A stretch of 64,000 bases of DNA from Eledone cirrhosa (Eukaryota): positions 365,428,001 to 365,492,000 of the forward strand of contig OZ024743.1 in NCBI GenBank assembly GCA_964016885.1, given 5' to 3'. A program made the translations under genes and the position numbers. Positions 47,868 through 63,793 of this stretch are shown one piece after another (the stretch's first letter is position 1; the number at the start of each line of letters is the position of its first letter). The notes under the pieces were generated by a model. The model searched no databases, was not told where the DNA came from, and worked only from the letters and a program-made list of their open reading frames with translations.

Positions 47868-47978
47868 GTGTGTTTGTGTGTGTGTGTGTGTGTGTGACTG
47901 GGATTGTATATTGAATCATATACGAATTGTTTATTTACATGAACATTTCGTATATGATCCAATAAATATATATATATA

Positions 47979-48109
<131 letters not shown>

Positions 48110-48351
48110 TTAAAGGCCTTTCGAAAGTTTCTAGTTGTGCATTCGTTGCTACTGAAACAATTACATTACACGTACAAACTGTTATATTTACTTTTTATTC
48201 AAATGTGTCATGGTGGCTACATTTTCGACGCAATCGTCGCGACCAAGTCATCGCCACAATTACGATTTCAGTGACCAGGTCGAAACGTGCGAGACAAATA
48301 CAGTCACAGCTCGAAACAAAGACATATTTTATTCGCTGACTCTGCCACAAT

Positions 48352-48534
<183 letters not shown>

Positions 48535-48618
48535 TATATATATATATATGTGTGTGTGTGCGTGTGTGTGTGTGCATGTATATGTGCCTGCATATATATG
48601 AATATGAATATGTATATG

Positions 48619-48952
<334 letters not shown>

Positions 48953-49283
48953 TATATATATAATATATATTTATTAAAATAACAGATTAAAGTTTAATAA
49001 ATATTTGCTCTACGGTTCTTATATATTTGATATATATTTATCCTTATCGAGCCCTCTTTGGATTTTAGTCTTCAAATTTATTATTATTACTATATATATA
49101 TATATACATATATATATAATATATATATAATATATGTATGTATATGTGTGTAAATATATCTGAAGAAGTGAAGAAGTGTCGTTTAAGAGTCGGGATCCGA
49201 TCACTTGATCAAACCTGAGCTAATCGATATAGAGACAATTGAAATATGAAATAAAGTTTACAAAAAGCTGCAATCCTTGTTGT

Positions 49284-49439
<156 letters not shown>

Positions 49440-49445
49440 GTCGAA

Positions 49446-49558
49446 ACCCGCTGATGAAGCCACATGCCCCGATTGTGCATTGTTGCATAATAAATGCAGT
49501 CAGTGGATGCTATGCACTCTATCGCTGCATTAAGTGTGGCCGAAACTCGAGTACGGGT
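49446..49558 (+). ncRNA. Type I hammerhead ribozyme with an extended stem II insert
   Basis: Stem I acccg/cgggt, CTGATGA, GCCACA...TGTGGC, GAAA, palindromic stem III ACTCGAGT, GUA triplet. Confidence 0.75.
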
Positions 49559-49699
49559 ACACATTTACGTGTGTTATATTGAAGCGAATAACTATGTGTC
49601 TACTCTGGAATTTTACATAACATTACCTATTGAGTACGCTGAGATGCAACCGGTTCTAGCAGTGAAGCCCATGCTAGTCCCGTCAGCTTATTATATATA

Positions 49700-49876
49700 T
49701 AACTAGACTTTAACTAGGAAATTAGCCTGGGCAGTTATTAGGTTCTGGAGTTAGTTGATGAAGTGAATGTTGTAAATATTGTGTATATATATATCAATAT
49801 TTACAACATTCACTTCATCAACAAACTCCAGAACCTAATAATTTCCCAGGTTAATTTCCTAATTAAATGCTAGTTA
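49700..49876. repeat. Imperfect inverted repeat (~80 bp arms) around a short TA spacer
   Basis: gttctggag...gttgatgaagtgaatgttgtaaatattg / caatatttacaacattcacttcatcaac...ctccagaac. Confidence 0.8.
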
Positions 49877-51521
49877 CAGGCGGAAGACGGGGTGCAAAAA
49901 GCCAAGGCACCCTGAAGCTTAAGGAATTTCTTAATGAAAATTGTTTGGTTTGCAGAGTAACCGTTATGCGTTGTAATTTATAAGAATATGAGTCGTATTT
50001 TTATGAATGAATGAATAACTGAATGACTGATATAAATAAAGAAATATAAAATGAGTATTTCTTTTTTCCTGAATGAAAATACATGTTAGCAAAATCAGTA
50101 GAGCGTCTTACGGTACAATAAATACAATATTTAATGTTCTGAATTCAAATCGTGCCAGAATCAACTGTATCATTCGTTATTAGGAAGTCGATAAAATAAG
50201 TAACTGTTATTTTTTTAGGAGTGTATGTCGATCTAATTGTTTGCGCCCCTCCCTAATATGTGAGGACTTTCATCATTCCTAATAGAAAGCTGGAAATTTG
50301 TGAGAGGCAAATCCAGCGCCCTTAGTTAGCCTACAATGTGGGCTCCTCGCCCATCTTTCAGTTGTGTGCCCCATTCTCCCAGTTTATAATTTATACTTAC
50401 AGTTTGATAACTTGACAAACCCAGTATTGGTCAGTTCTTGTTCCGACCACACTGCTAAGCATACCTTTTCTACGACACATTTCACACTCACTCATCCAAA
50501 ATCATGTGATAATTCATAACATCACACGACCCTCTTCACCACTTTGGATATTTCCACAATGCTGCTACCTTGCAAAGATGTTTAGTGATTGATTGATTAA
50601 AATTGTATATTTAATTTAATCATACAAATTAGTATAAAATGGCGATCCTTTAAATTTCTGAGGTTTGCGGCCTTGGTGGCTGCTTATTGGTCTAGTTTTA
50701 GTATAAGCCTCGAGTGGTGATATTTGGCAAAATGGATAGATTTCTGGGTTAGATGCGTTATATGTATAGTTAAATCTCTTTACCTTCTTAGTTTGAACCC
50801 TGCTGGATTTTGATTTTGTTTTTTATCTTTCCGTGGATTATTGAATTCTAACCAGGCCTACACTGTTATTGATATAACTGTCTAAAATGTTTTCTTATAA
50901 CCTGTGACCCTGGGTCACATATGTAAGAAATAAGTAATAGTGTTATAAACATTGTTTAAAAAATGTGAATTAGAAGTATTAGTAGAGCATCGAAGAATCA
51001 TCTACATAATTAACGTTTCTACCTACAATATCGCCTGGGTGTATTTTTCTAATTGGAATTTCACGATATTTCTAGAAAACCCGTATATTATCTGCAGCAT
51101 TGCTTCTAGGTGTTTATCATCCTAATCATATAGCGGGAGGTTGTCCATATACAAGAAGTACTTGATTTTCCGCCATTTTTATCCGTGTCTGGTCTGGTTT
51201 AATATGTTGCGCGTTGATCTTAGCGCTAAACAAAAAAGAAGTGGAGAAAGGAAATCCTGTTGGAATAATTCTCTTTTAATAGATTTAGAGTCCTTCTTTT
51301 GTCTCTATCTACCAACTATTCATGAATTTTTAAAACTAGGTTCCAAACATTCTGAATGAAATTGGGTAGAAAGAAACTGTGTGGGAGCGCGTTTCATAGA
51401 TTGTATCTATAAACAAATATATAGTCTTGTCACATATTGTGTCATACCAATATGATTTGGAAATTACGTTATGGGTAGATGTGTCTGTGGAATACCCAGC
51501 TACTTGCACATTAATTTAAAG

Positions 51522-51685
51522 CAGCCATGGGCAAACTGTGGTCCGCGAGCCGCATGCAGTATATTCAACTTTCAGAATGGCATGCCTAGTTTGAAAATTG
51601 CCTTGAATCTTTTATTAGTGCGGCCTGCCTTATGATGAGTCACATCTTATGCGGTCCACTGCTCGAAAAATGTTGCACATGCTTG
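51522..51685. mobile_element. hAT-like MITE inserted in an old SINE
   Basis: Degenerate TIRs cagccatgggcaaac / gttgcacatgcttg, subterminal GCGG(C/T)CC motifs, 8-bp TSD atttaaag/atgtaaag. Confidence 0.6.
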
Positions 51686-52059
51686 ATGTAAAGATTGAGA
51701 TATTCCCATTTTCTTTACATTCTCCAGAAATTCACGTGGTCTTATATTCTCTAGACAAGTTTTCTTATATTCTCCAGGTGTGAATTTTACAAACATATTT
51801 TAAGACAGCAAATTGGGACCGTCATTTTTCAAGGAAGAGGAAGCGAACCCCACTCCTATTTCCTATGACCAGAAGTGTCATATTTCCTATTAATATGCTG
51901 CCTAAATTGTAGACTGTGTCCAATAAAAACAATAGATAAATAAAATACGTTTATAAACCACTCCCGAACGGAAGTATAGTGGTTCACTATTCCACAAGCA
52001 TTTTTTACTTGAATACGCACATTACAAAAAACCCAAAGTAGGTTGAAGTGAGCGAAATA

Positions 52060-52111
<52 letters not shown>

Positions 52112-52207
52112 CTATCATTTGACGTAAATTTTACCCGGCGCCGTCATTGAAAGCATTTTGCGATTTTAACAGCTTCCTTGCGTTGAGTTGTTCCCATTAT
52201 TCTGCAA

Positions 52208-52240
<33 letters not shown>

Positions 52241-52260
52241 CATACATACACACACACACT

Positions 52261-52872
52261 CATGGTGGCTGCCAACTCGTTTTCGAGTACGGCCACTACT
52301 TTATATCCCTGTAGGAGAACCCCTACTGATGCGCTAAACGAGTGTGACTTTTCAGTCCAGCCAGCGACTTGAAAACTCGGGTACAAACACTACACTTGTG
52401 ACAATTATTGGCACATAGTGCTGGGCCCATGGTACCATATCACGACAAGTGGAGAGAGATCTCCAGATATAAAGCAATGCCTGTGCCGTGAAGCTTTTAT
52501 AGTGAGCAAAGGCAGTGCACAAAGCCAGTCCCACTCTCTTAACCAAGATGATATTTACCAAAAAGAAGAACAAGTCAACATCATTGGATACCATCAGAGT
52601 TGCAGGTGTTATATCAGAGTTTTCCTTCTCCTAGAATTCTGCCTTGACAAAGGCTAAGGGGTCATCTCTCCCGGTGATTTTGGATGGCCATTGACTCTTA
52701 AGAGCTCCTTTGCCCTTTGACAGGTTTTGTTTTTAGTCCTGCAGGATGTCCAAAGTCACCCTCCTCACCAAGCAACCTTGGTGGAGTTGCCAGTTTAGTC
52801 GCCAACGACCCGACCATGAGACGGCTTGTACTGGGATACATGTTACCAGTAGCACCAACTGGTGACCTGACA
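52261..52872 (-). mobile_element. Complete ~610 bp non-autonomous RTE-derived element (variant b)
   Basis: RTE-type 5' motif CTAGGAGAAGGAAAACTCTGA, finger remnant CSVCTRVFKSLAGLKSH near the 3' end, no RT; (CATA)n on the 5' side. Confidence 0.72.
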
Positions 52873-52943
52873 TAACATACATACATACATACATACATAC
52901 ATACATACATACATACATACATACATACATACATACATACATG

Positions 52944-52974
<31 letters not shown>

Positions 52975-53329
52975 TGTTTTTTACTCATGAATAAAATTTG
53001 TTCTCGCTCTAGCATGGTGGATACCTAAATGTATTCGTTAATGAATAATAATAATATCATAATAATATTTTTGATATTTGGTTCGTTTGCAAGCAAACGG
53101 CCTCATAGACGCCACGTGTTTTTTTTTTCGATGACTGACGTCATCCTTTTCATCCTACGATCGACAATTGTTTCGGAGTTATTGCCCCTTGTCAAGACTA
53201 TGTATCTCTCGTAGCTGCTACCGGCTGTAACTGCTGAGAATAAATGGTATTCTCAAAGGTATAGATCGGCCTAATTTGCATACCGAGCGATTTTACGGCA
53301 TTCAAGTTAGGCTAATCAGCCAGAAACAG

Positions 53330-53765
53330 GCCCCTTCAACAACTGTGTAACATATGTGCAAGTGTCTATGAGGCTGAATTTAAATCTACTCAACCAAACC
53401 AACGATAAGAGGTCAAAACATGTAGGTATGGTGGAGGGTCGGTTTAAAAACGCTTCCTTAACCATCAGATGACCATTAGACACACGGATAAGCGATCCTC
53501 CACGAAGCTGGCAAGCCACATATTGTCACTCAAAGATACAGACGTCGATTACTCCATTCAATGGAAAGTTCTGACCATTTCTAGGCCATACGAAAATGGC
53601 AATTTTTCCGGTAGGCTGTGCATCGATGAACGAATAAATATCTTTCAGAGATTACGTAATAGTACGTGTCTTAACACAAGAACCGATTCTTTTAATCGCT
53701 GCCCCACGCTGCGAAATACATGTTACGTAACTAAAAAGATCCAGGACATATCTTACTCGGAATGA
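53330..53765 (+). pseudogene. Penelope-like GIY-YIG endonuclease fragment
   Basis: VYEAE..HVG..FK..NH, STKLASHI, YSIQWKVL, RPY, RLCIDER, LNTRTD. Confidence 0.7.
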
Positions 53766-54149
53766 ACTAACTCGTAAATCAGCTCCCTCACCAGTATAAC
53801 TTGAGTTGTCTCCCCTGTCGACGACCAGTCAGCTCATAGATTCTTCCGTCCACAGCACAAACTCACACGAGTTGAAAGTCCGTTGGGTGAAACGTGCGCC
53901 CTTCAGTATGGTTTTCTAATTTGTTGTAGAACTAACTTTCTCTCTCTCTCTCTCTCTCTGTATATATATATATATATATATATATCGAGAGAGATAGGGA
54001 GGACGAGAGAGTAAGAGAGAAAGGGGGAGAGAGAGGTTTAATTTTAATTTTAATATACGTATATGTTTATAGTATACACATATGTATGTATTGGTATATT
54101 ACTGTGTATGTACGTATATGTAAGATATGTAAGCATTAAACTATCTAAT

Positions 54150-54335
54150 GACGAAGTGCCCCCTGGCAGTGGAGACTCTGGTGTCCTCGGCCCCAGGGCT
54201 ACCTCCCTACTCACCATCATAGGCGCTGAGCTGGCCAGCCGCAGATATGAACCCCGCGAGTTGGAGTGGCTTTTTCAGCACGTCTCCCTTGCCGTCTTCC
54301 ACGGGAACGCCTTCTCCATCCTCTCTGGCGAGGCT
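54150..54335 (+). pseudogene. C-terminal fragment of a CRE-like non-LTR retrotransposon
   Basis: GVLGPRA...EPRELEWLFQHVSLAVFHGNAFSIL resembles the CRE RLE C-terminus (FLxQRxSxAxQRGNA). Confidence 0.6.
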
Positions 54336-54439
54336 GGGGGGGGGGGGGGGGGGGCATCGCGTAACATTCCATATTTAGGTATCCAGATTAATGGTTATTA
54401 GGGTCTTATATAAAACATTTCATTATATTAAACATTTCA

Positions 54440-54626
54440 AGAGCGGTGGATTGGCAGTATCGGTAGAGGGTAGGACGTCATGCTTTGACGCATAAAGTTA
54501 CGACCTTTTCTATTCTGAGTTCATATCCCGCCGAGGTCAACTTTGCCTTTCATCCTTATGGGGTCGATAAAATAAGTACCAGTAATGTACTGGATAATTG
54601 CTGGCCTTGTGCCAAAAGTAGAAACA
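54440..54626 (+). mobile_element. Full-length tRNA-derived SINE (family of 22747-22931) with an 18-bp TSD
   Basis: A and B boxes; attatattaaacatttca at 54422-54439 and 54627-54644. Confidence 0.9.
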
Positions 54627-54943
54627 ATTATATTAAACATTTCATACGCTTATCAAAGGAGTGCTTAATTACTGGAATATATAAAATGATGCTAGGTATT
54701 ACTATTAACCTTTGTCACATTTACAACAACGAAACATGTTTCAGTAGCTACTCTCTATTATAAGGGTTCATTAGGGTCCCAGAAACTCTAAACTACGAAA
54801 TAAATGTCCTCTGTTCTGTCTGCTTGCTTCAGTGAATCGGAAAAGGGGAAAAGAAAAAAAAAAGAAAAAGAAATAAAAATAACAAAAAGGAACAAAACAG
54901 AAATATTTGAAATATTTACAACAAAGGCAACTACTACTACTAT

Positions 54944-54993
<50 letters not shown>

Positions 54994-55209
54994 TACTACT
55001 ACTACTACCCATTCATTATATTAGGTATTTGACTTAAAAATGATAATCTGGGTTATTTAATAGTTTACTTATATCTTTATTTCATTTGTGCGTGTTTGAG
55101 TGAGCACACACCTTTGTGGATTTTCAACTAGAACGAAATGAAAAAGGTGAAGGGTTTGAAAAAGTAACTCTAATGCTGCTTCTTCTGACTACACACATCG
55201 ACGCACGCG

Positions 55210-55312
<103 letters not shown>

Positions 55313-57975
55313 ACACACACACACACCTATGGTGCATTTTACTGTTGAAAATAGTAAACTGGAACTTTGGTACATTTGTGCCTCTTCGGGCGGAATTAAT
55401 GGCGTATGCGAAGAGGAATGGTTTCGCATAAACACCCAAAAGATTGATGTTGCGGGTGGCGAGTAAATTTAATTCGTCGTTGCGGTGCATCCGGCGAAGT
55501 CCATTTTGATGCAAGCATTCAGACCAGATTTCTGGATTGATGATAACTTCCTACCTTCAGGTGTGATATCTGATAATTGACTTTTGAATGGTTACTGTTC
55601 TTCTGATGTTTCTTTAGCATATGTGCTGCGGATATAGAATATGTTGTTCTGTTCTTCGTCTTGTTATTGCGGTTAGGTAGATAAATTCTAAAGAAACTGG
55701 CCTATGATAAAAAGCATTTCATCTTTTACCATAATATACTTTTGTATATCTAGGTTTACATTGTTCAATGTGCCTTCTTGTTTTAAGACAACAAGATACG
55801 GTTAGATATAATTTCGCTGCTATTTCTGACAGGTCGACCTACCGTCTAGAGCGTCTATTCTTTATCTTTTTACTCTTCGAGACCTTCAAGGATTGCACAA
55901 TATGTCCCTGTATCCTCTTAACCGGATAATCAATATCAATGCCACCGTTCTCATTAGGTGCCAGTATTTTCAAAATAACTCAATAGCTTAGTTTTATAAC
56001 CATGAACAGAACAGGTAAGAAAGCCATAGAGACTTTGTCATATTTATTCATAGAAAACTATATAATAGATTGAATTTCATAAACCAATATTTAGTCCTCA
56101 AGAGATTATGGTTAGCACTGTATAACACTCCTCTTGGTGCAGCATGTCTTTCGGTTCAAAATTGAATGCATTGAGCTGGTCGATTTCAATTCTATTGAAG
56201 ATTACACTGAGAACATAGCTCTTATGTTACTAGATTTATTATAGTTGTCCAACGTGGATAATAAATATCAGGATAATAAATGTCATAAAAACAAAAAGAA
56301 TCCTTAGTTATCAACCACAAAATTATTTTTAATTAGCTTTTTGATGATTATTGAATTGACATTAATTTACCTATTACTTTACCAGTGGATAACATCGCTC
56401 AGTAATATTTGGTGATTTATTTAAAAAAGTGTTTTTGATTTCATGCACACTCGGATGCATCTACTTGGTGATTATCTTATCTCTATTTAAGGAAAGAAGG
56501 TATAATCTATACTCCACCGAGGAAGTCGAATAATATAGAAACGAGTCCATAGTTGTCTCCCATTATTGCTGAAAAGATTATCAAACTGATATAAGTAATT
56601 AATCTAATCTCGTTTTTTCCTCACAGCATAATTATTTCTAATTAGCTTTTTTGAGGCTGGCTCCATTAAATATGTGAACAAGAGGAGTAGTCCTTACTGA
56701 TTATAAGCCTCATGCCAGATAGGAAACAATTTAGGTGGTGAGAACAGCTCAGCAAATCATGAATAAGAACAACAATGGCGGTCAGTTGATCGTCGTAATC
56801 ATAGTGGACATTATACAATAGACAAGTATCTTCTACGCCACCAGTAGTTGTAGCTTCGAGAGAGATAGGCTTCACTCAGGCGATTCAGCTTACATATGTG
56901 GCATAAAAATATAGTCTTCAACAGTTTAACCATATAATTTTTATAATACATCCATTATTATGTGTAATATGATATATGTATGTGAGTTCAGAAATGCTAA
57001 AATATATAAACTTCATGCAAGCATGAAAAAAATGGCGTGATACAAAGTGTTATTGTTCCACGCATACGACTGTAAAATGTCCTTCGATTTGTTTGATTGG
57101 CGTCTTGGTGTAGTCAGAAGTGTATGACGTGCAAATGTTATGAGCTGTTTATGAAACAAATCTACTCTCTAATATATGCTCCTCTCAAAAGTCAGTTGAG
57201 GAAAAGGAATCCCTCAAACACGCGAATTAAATAGAGTGTATAGCCAAGGAGGGGATGAATGCAAGCGATACGCGATACTTATGAGTAAACAACGAGGAGC
57301 TTAATAATGTGTTAACACCAGTGAGGTGAAAAGAAGACAGCTCACATATTTAAGTGAAGGAAGGGCACACCTTAGTTATATACTAGAGAACATTCTCCCC
57401 TGGATTTTTATTTGTTTCCTTGTTTTAATTGTTGTATTTCTTTTTTTTTTTCAGTTGAAACCTATCTACGGTTCACTATTCATAAATTATTTTATTATTC
57501 GTTTCTGTTCATTCATGTACTTCAGACATTTACGTTGAGGCGACATACGAAATAGTGATGTTAATACATCTCGAGAGAGATTGAAATGTCTTTTACTCGA
57601 TTCATTGGGGTGGGGATCCATAGAGGTTTTCTCTGACCCCCTGATTGATAGGAGAAAGAGAAGAAAATATCCTAAAAGCAATGAACTGGTCCTAATACTT
57701 GCAATAGAGTGGACTCTGCTAAAGGCAGCGGGTGTTTAAATAGTGGTGTTAATCCAAATGACGGGTTAAGTCTAAAACTGAAGGGTGCCACTAAGGAACT
57801 TGAATTCAGAACGCCTGAATAACTACCACAGTCAAAACAGACTAAGGAAACAATGTCTTCATTCGTCTTTCCATTGCTGATACTATGTGATCGTCACAAC
57901 TCCAGACAAAAGGAGACTTGATTTGAACTCAGAATGCACAGAGCTGGATCAAGCATCCCCCTCCACTGATCCTAG

Positions 57976-58102
57976 GTTGGTATCTTGTTCATCGATCTCA
58001 AGAGAATGAATAGCAAAGTTGATTTCAGTTGGATTTGAGTGCACTGAGCCGAAAGAAATACTGGGGCATTTCATCTGACGCCCCAACGACACTGCCAATT
58101 TT
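57976..58102 (-). mobile_element. Old diverged SINE copy
   Basis: atcgatctcaagagaatgaatagcaaagttgatttc...actgccaat resembles the SINE core and A box. Confidence 0.5.
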
Positions 58103-58328
58103 CTAAATACAGAGTTAATGGGTAAAGACATGGCATAGTTCACCACCAGACATAGGTCGTGGCATAGTTTGTTACTCAATGATTATCGATATATTTTCTT
58201 TATAGAATAATTAGGCAGCTCTGTTGTCAACCGTCTATTAAAATTTGTAAGGATGAAAATGACTAAGCATACAAATATATGATTGATCTTCAATAAGCCA
58301 TGTTATGCATGCATATAAACACACAAAC

Positions 58329-58437
<109 letters not shown>

Positions 58438-58438
58438 G

Positions 58439-58506
<68 letters not shown>

Positions 58507-58507
<1 letters not shown>

Positions 58508-58756
58508 GAAGATTAGAAATTAGAAATTATAAGCTTTCACCGTATTTTAGACTAAATAAATTTCTAGCCTGATAGTGGGGTTTATAACCCTCGGAGAAAT
58601 GGAAAAAGATGAGTGTTGCCGTACATGTACGGCAACATGTACGGCAACACTCATCTTTTTCCATTTCTCCGAGGGTTATAAACCCCACTATCAGGCTAGA
58701 AATTTATTTAGTCTAAAATACGGTGAAAGCTTATAATTTCTAATTTCTAATCTTCA
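58507..58756. repeat. Perfect palindrome with 119-bp arms and a 12-bp duplication next to the centre
   Basis: Centre gtacatgtac at 58621-58630; atgtacggcaac repeated; the left end abuts (TA)n. Confidence 0.92.
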
Positions 58757-59595
58757 AACTCGCGCACCGTTTCAAAAACATACTTACATGTTTACGTTTA
58801 TAATTTGCTTGTTTATATATATATATGTATATATGCATGCAAACATAGGCAGTGTTAATATTCATGTGTACATGAATGACCAGATACGAAAATACTTGTG
58901 TGCATAATGATTATATGAACTGTAACATAAATGCATATTTATTATCTATCTCTCTCTATATATATATATGTGTGTGTGTGTGTCTGTGTGTGTGTGTGTG
59001 TGCGTGTGCGCGCGTGTGTGCGCGTGTGTGTGTGTGTGTGTGCCTGTGTGTGTATGTGTGTGTGTGTGTCTGTGCGTTTGAGTCCTTAACGGTTAAAAGC
59101 GCCTAGCAACCGATGGCAACTTCTTTCTCCGTCTTTTAGCCCTTTAGCATTTAAACCGGCGTATTTGGCCAGAATTCTTTCACTTTTGTCTGTTCAAACT
59201 GGCTGTAACCAGCTGTTCATACTGATGTTAAGGTATTGTTCTCAAAATATATAATGTCAAAATCTCATAGATTCGATATCATGTGAGATAATTATATGAG
59301 ATAAAGTCTTTACAATGAAAATAAAATAGTAAATATTGAGTAATGTAAATGGGTTAAGGGTCTTCACTCTATCTTATAAGCTCTTTTGTAGCATCTCCAC
59401 GCCTGAGCACAACATTGTTTATATATATATATATATATAAGTATTATGTTGTTAAACAATATTCGATGATTATGTCAAAGAATGAGTTTTACAGTAGATT
59501 GGAAGCACTCAACGGTAAAATAATTTTCATGAGTTATTAATACTACCTTGATTAAATCTTAACCATTTAACATCTCAGGGTATGTCATGTATCAT

Positions 59596-59654
59596 TATAT
59601 TTTGTCTGATGAGGACGTACTGTTGTACATCCGAAATATGTATAATAAAATGTA
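59596..59654 (+). ncRNA. Type I hammerhead ribozyme in a ~255 bp solo pLTR-like element (59440-59697) between TA runs
   Basis: 10-bp stem I tatattttgt/ataaaatgta, CTGATGA, GGAcGTAC tgtt GTACaTCC, GAAA, ATATGTAT, AUA triplet. Confidence 0.75.
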
Positions 59655-59804
59655 ATTGATCAAAAGAACATCTATTTTATTAATACTTATATTTTAATAT
59701 ATATATATATATATATATATACGTTATTCCGGGTTGAATCGGAGGTAACCACAGTAAGTAAGGTACTCAATACATAGCAGAGTATAAACGTTTTAATATA
59801 GATG

Positions 59805-59855
59805 AGATTCTACAGGACTAGAACTGTTTCATTCATTAGAAATCATCAGGAATCT
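59805..59855 (-). ncRNA. Family Y type I hammerhead ribozyme
   Basis: AGATTC CTGATGA tttctaatgaat GAAA CAG ttctagtc CTG TA GAATCT on the minus strand. Confidence 0.7.
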
Positions 59856-60334
59856 GGGTATCAAAAAATAAAAATGGTATTTATAGGTCTCTACAAGTGG
59901 TAGGAGAGGGTGGGGAGTGGGATGGGTGCAGGTCATTGGTTGATAGAAAAGGGAATTCATTAAAAGCTAATTCTACAAAGCTATAGTTTATTTTTATTTA
60001 TTTATGTTTTTAGAGTAACAAGGGCAGACAGAATTCTATAAACAGGTTCCGGATGGCATACCATTCCTTGTCAATAAGTTTCTCTTAAGCTAACAGATGT
60101 CTATAAAATCAGTGGGGGGTCAGTCATGGTCGATAGAATTAAAGAAAAGGGAGATTCTTTAAAAGCTAAAATCATTAAGGTTCTACTAAGTGACAAAGGT
60201 CTAGAGAATTCTGCAGACAGATTCAAAATACTGAGTGCATATCTGACTATTATCTTCGAACTTCTCTTAAACTAATCAACTATATGCCAAAAATCAACAG
60301 ACACATTCACAAAAAAACAAAAAAACATACTCAC

Positions 60335-62078
<1,744 letters not shown>

Positions 62079-62094
62079 TTATTTTTTGATACCC

Positions 62095-62145
62095 AGATTC
62101 CTGATGATTTCTAATGAATGAAACAGTTCTAGTCCTGTAGAATCT
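62095..62145 (+). ncRNA. Family Y type I hammerhead ribozyme
   Basis: Exact reverse complement of 59805-59855. Confidence 0.7.
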
Positions 62146-62157
62146 CATCTATATTAA

Positions 62158-62188
<31 letters not shown>

Positions 62189-62191
<3 letters not shown>

Positions 62192-62288
62192 ACGCACCAA
62201 AGTGCTCAATACTTAGGGTAGTAGAGTGGGTAATAGGAACGAGTAGGACCCCGACGGCTGAGCTCAAGCCGTTGGGGTTCTACTCGTT

Positions 62289-62293
<5 letters not shown>
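62189..62293. mobile_element. Family Z fragment ending in a fold-back palindrome (62233-62293)
   Basis: ataggaacgagtaggaccccgacggct-gagctc-aagccgttggggttctactcgttcctat; TA runs on both sides. Confidence 0.75.
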
Positions 62294-62335
<42 letters not shown>

Positions 62336-62533
62336 GAAGTCACCGTACATGCACAAATATAGGTGCACGCATAAATAATCATGCTTATATTGGCACACGA
62401 CATACAGATATACCTACACGCACACACGTAGAAATATATAGGAATATACACAACCACACATATATACACGTATACACACATATGTATACACACACCGACA
62501 CACACATACAAAACGTATGCGCACAAGCGCTCG

Positions 62534-62659
<126 letters not shown>

Positions 62660-62676
62660 GGTGTGTGTGTGTGTGC

Positions 62677-62773
<97 letters not shown>

Positions 62774-63032
62774 TAATGGTTGCTAAGATGCTTCCATAGG
62801 CGGTATGCCGGTTGAGCACTATATGCTCTTACGGAGCAGAGTATGATAGAATGGAAAACGAAAAATCAGTGATGCATCGGAACTGAATTTATTGTGGGTT
62901 ACACTTGTTTCCCGGCGAACAGCTGGAGGTGCGATCTGTGTGTGGATAGACCTGACTCAGGACTCGCAGGTTCCTCGGACACGTCCATTGATTTCGGAGC
63001 ATATGCATATGCGTCACTGATTTTTCGTTTTC

Positions 63033-63085
<53 letters not shown>

Positions 63086-63329
63086 GCAATAATATCATAA
63101 ATGTAACGGACCAAGTAGAAGATGATAGTCTCTATTTTGGGGCCAGGCCTTCACTCCAGGAGGAAAATAGCAAGGGTTTGAGTACAAAGGTAGGTGAGGT
63201 GGGAAAGGTCGAATAATTACAGTTGGGCAAGTCCAGATATTGGGAGATCTGGTTGGGGTGACCGATGGTTTATCCTCCTGAGTTGTATGTTGGTCTAAGG
63301 CATTGACAGGATTCCTGATCCGATGTCTG

Positions 63330-63620
63330 CACCATTTTTTTTCATGGTTAATTGGCCCTTCTCAAACAATGCAAAGCTCTTTGTTTGAGCACAAGTTACA
63401 CGGGTGTTCTTCTCCATTGTATGGTTGGGCCTTTGTGATGATGCACCAGTTACGTTGGTTCGGTATTCTTTTATCTCTTAGTGGCCATTCATAGCTGGGG
63501 AGGCTTGTGGCGGTCTTCTTATCCTGGTGTCGGAAAGTGTCCTTGTGTTGCGTGTAGCGGGATTTCAAGTTATTGGCTGTAATACCATTGTACACCGTTT
63601 GCTGCACACCAGTGATTACT
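63330..63620 (-). pseudogene. Penelope-like GIY-YIG endonuclease fragment
   Basis: VYNGIT..LKSRYTQHKDTF..ATSL..W..AQPY..CNLCSNKE. Confidence 0.7.
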
Positions 63621-63752
63621 CAGGGGCTAATAATTTCGGTTGCGGTAATTACAAACTGGTTCTGTGGTTTAATTAGAAAATTTCCTTGGTCCGCGGTTAA
63701 GATTCAACATGTTTGATGCCGTGATGCTTTGGACAATTTTGGGTGTCGCGGA

Positions 63753-63793
<41 letters not shown>

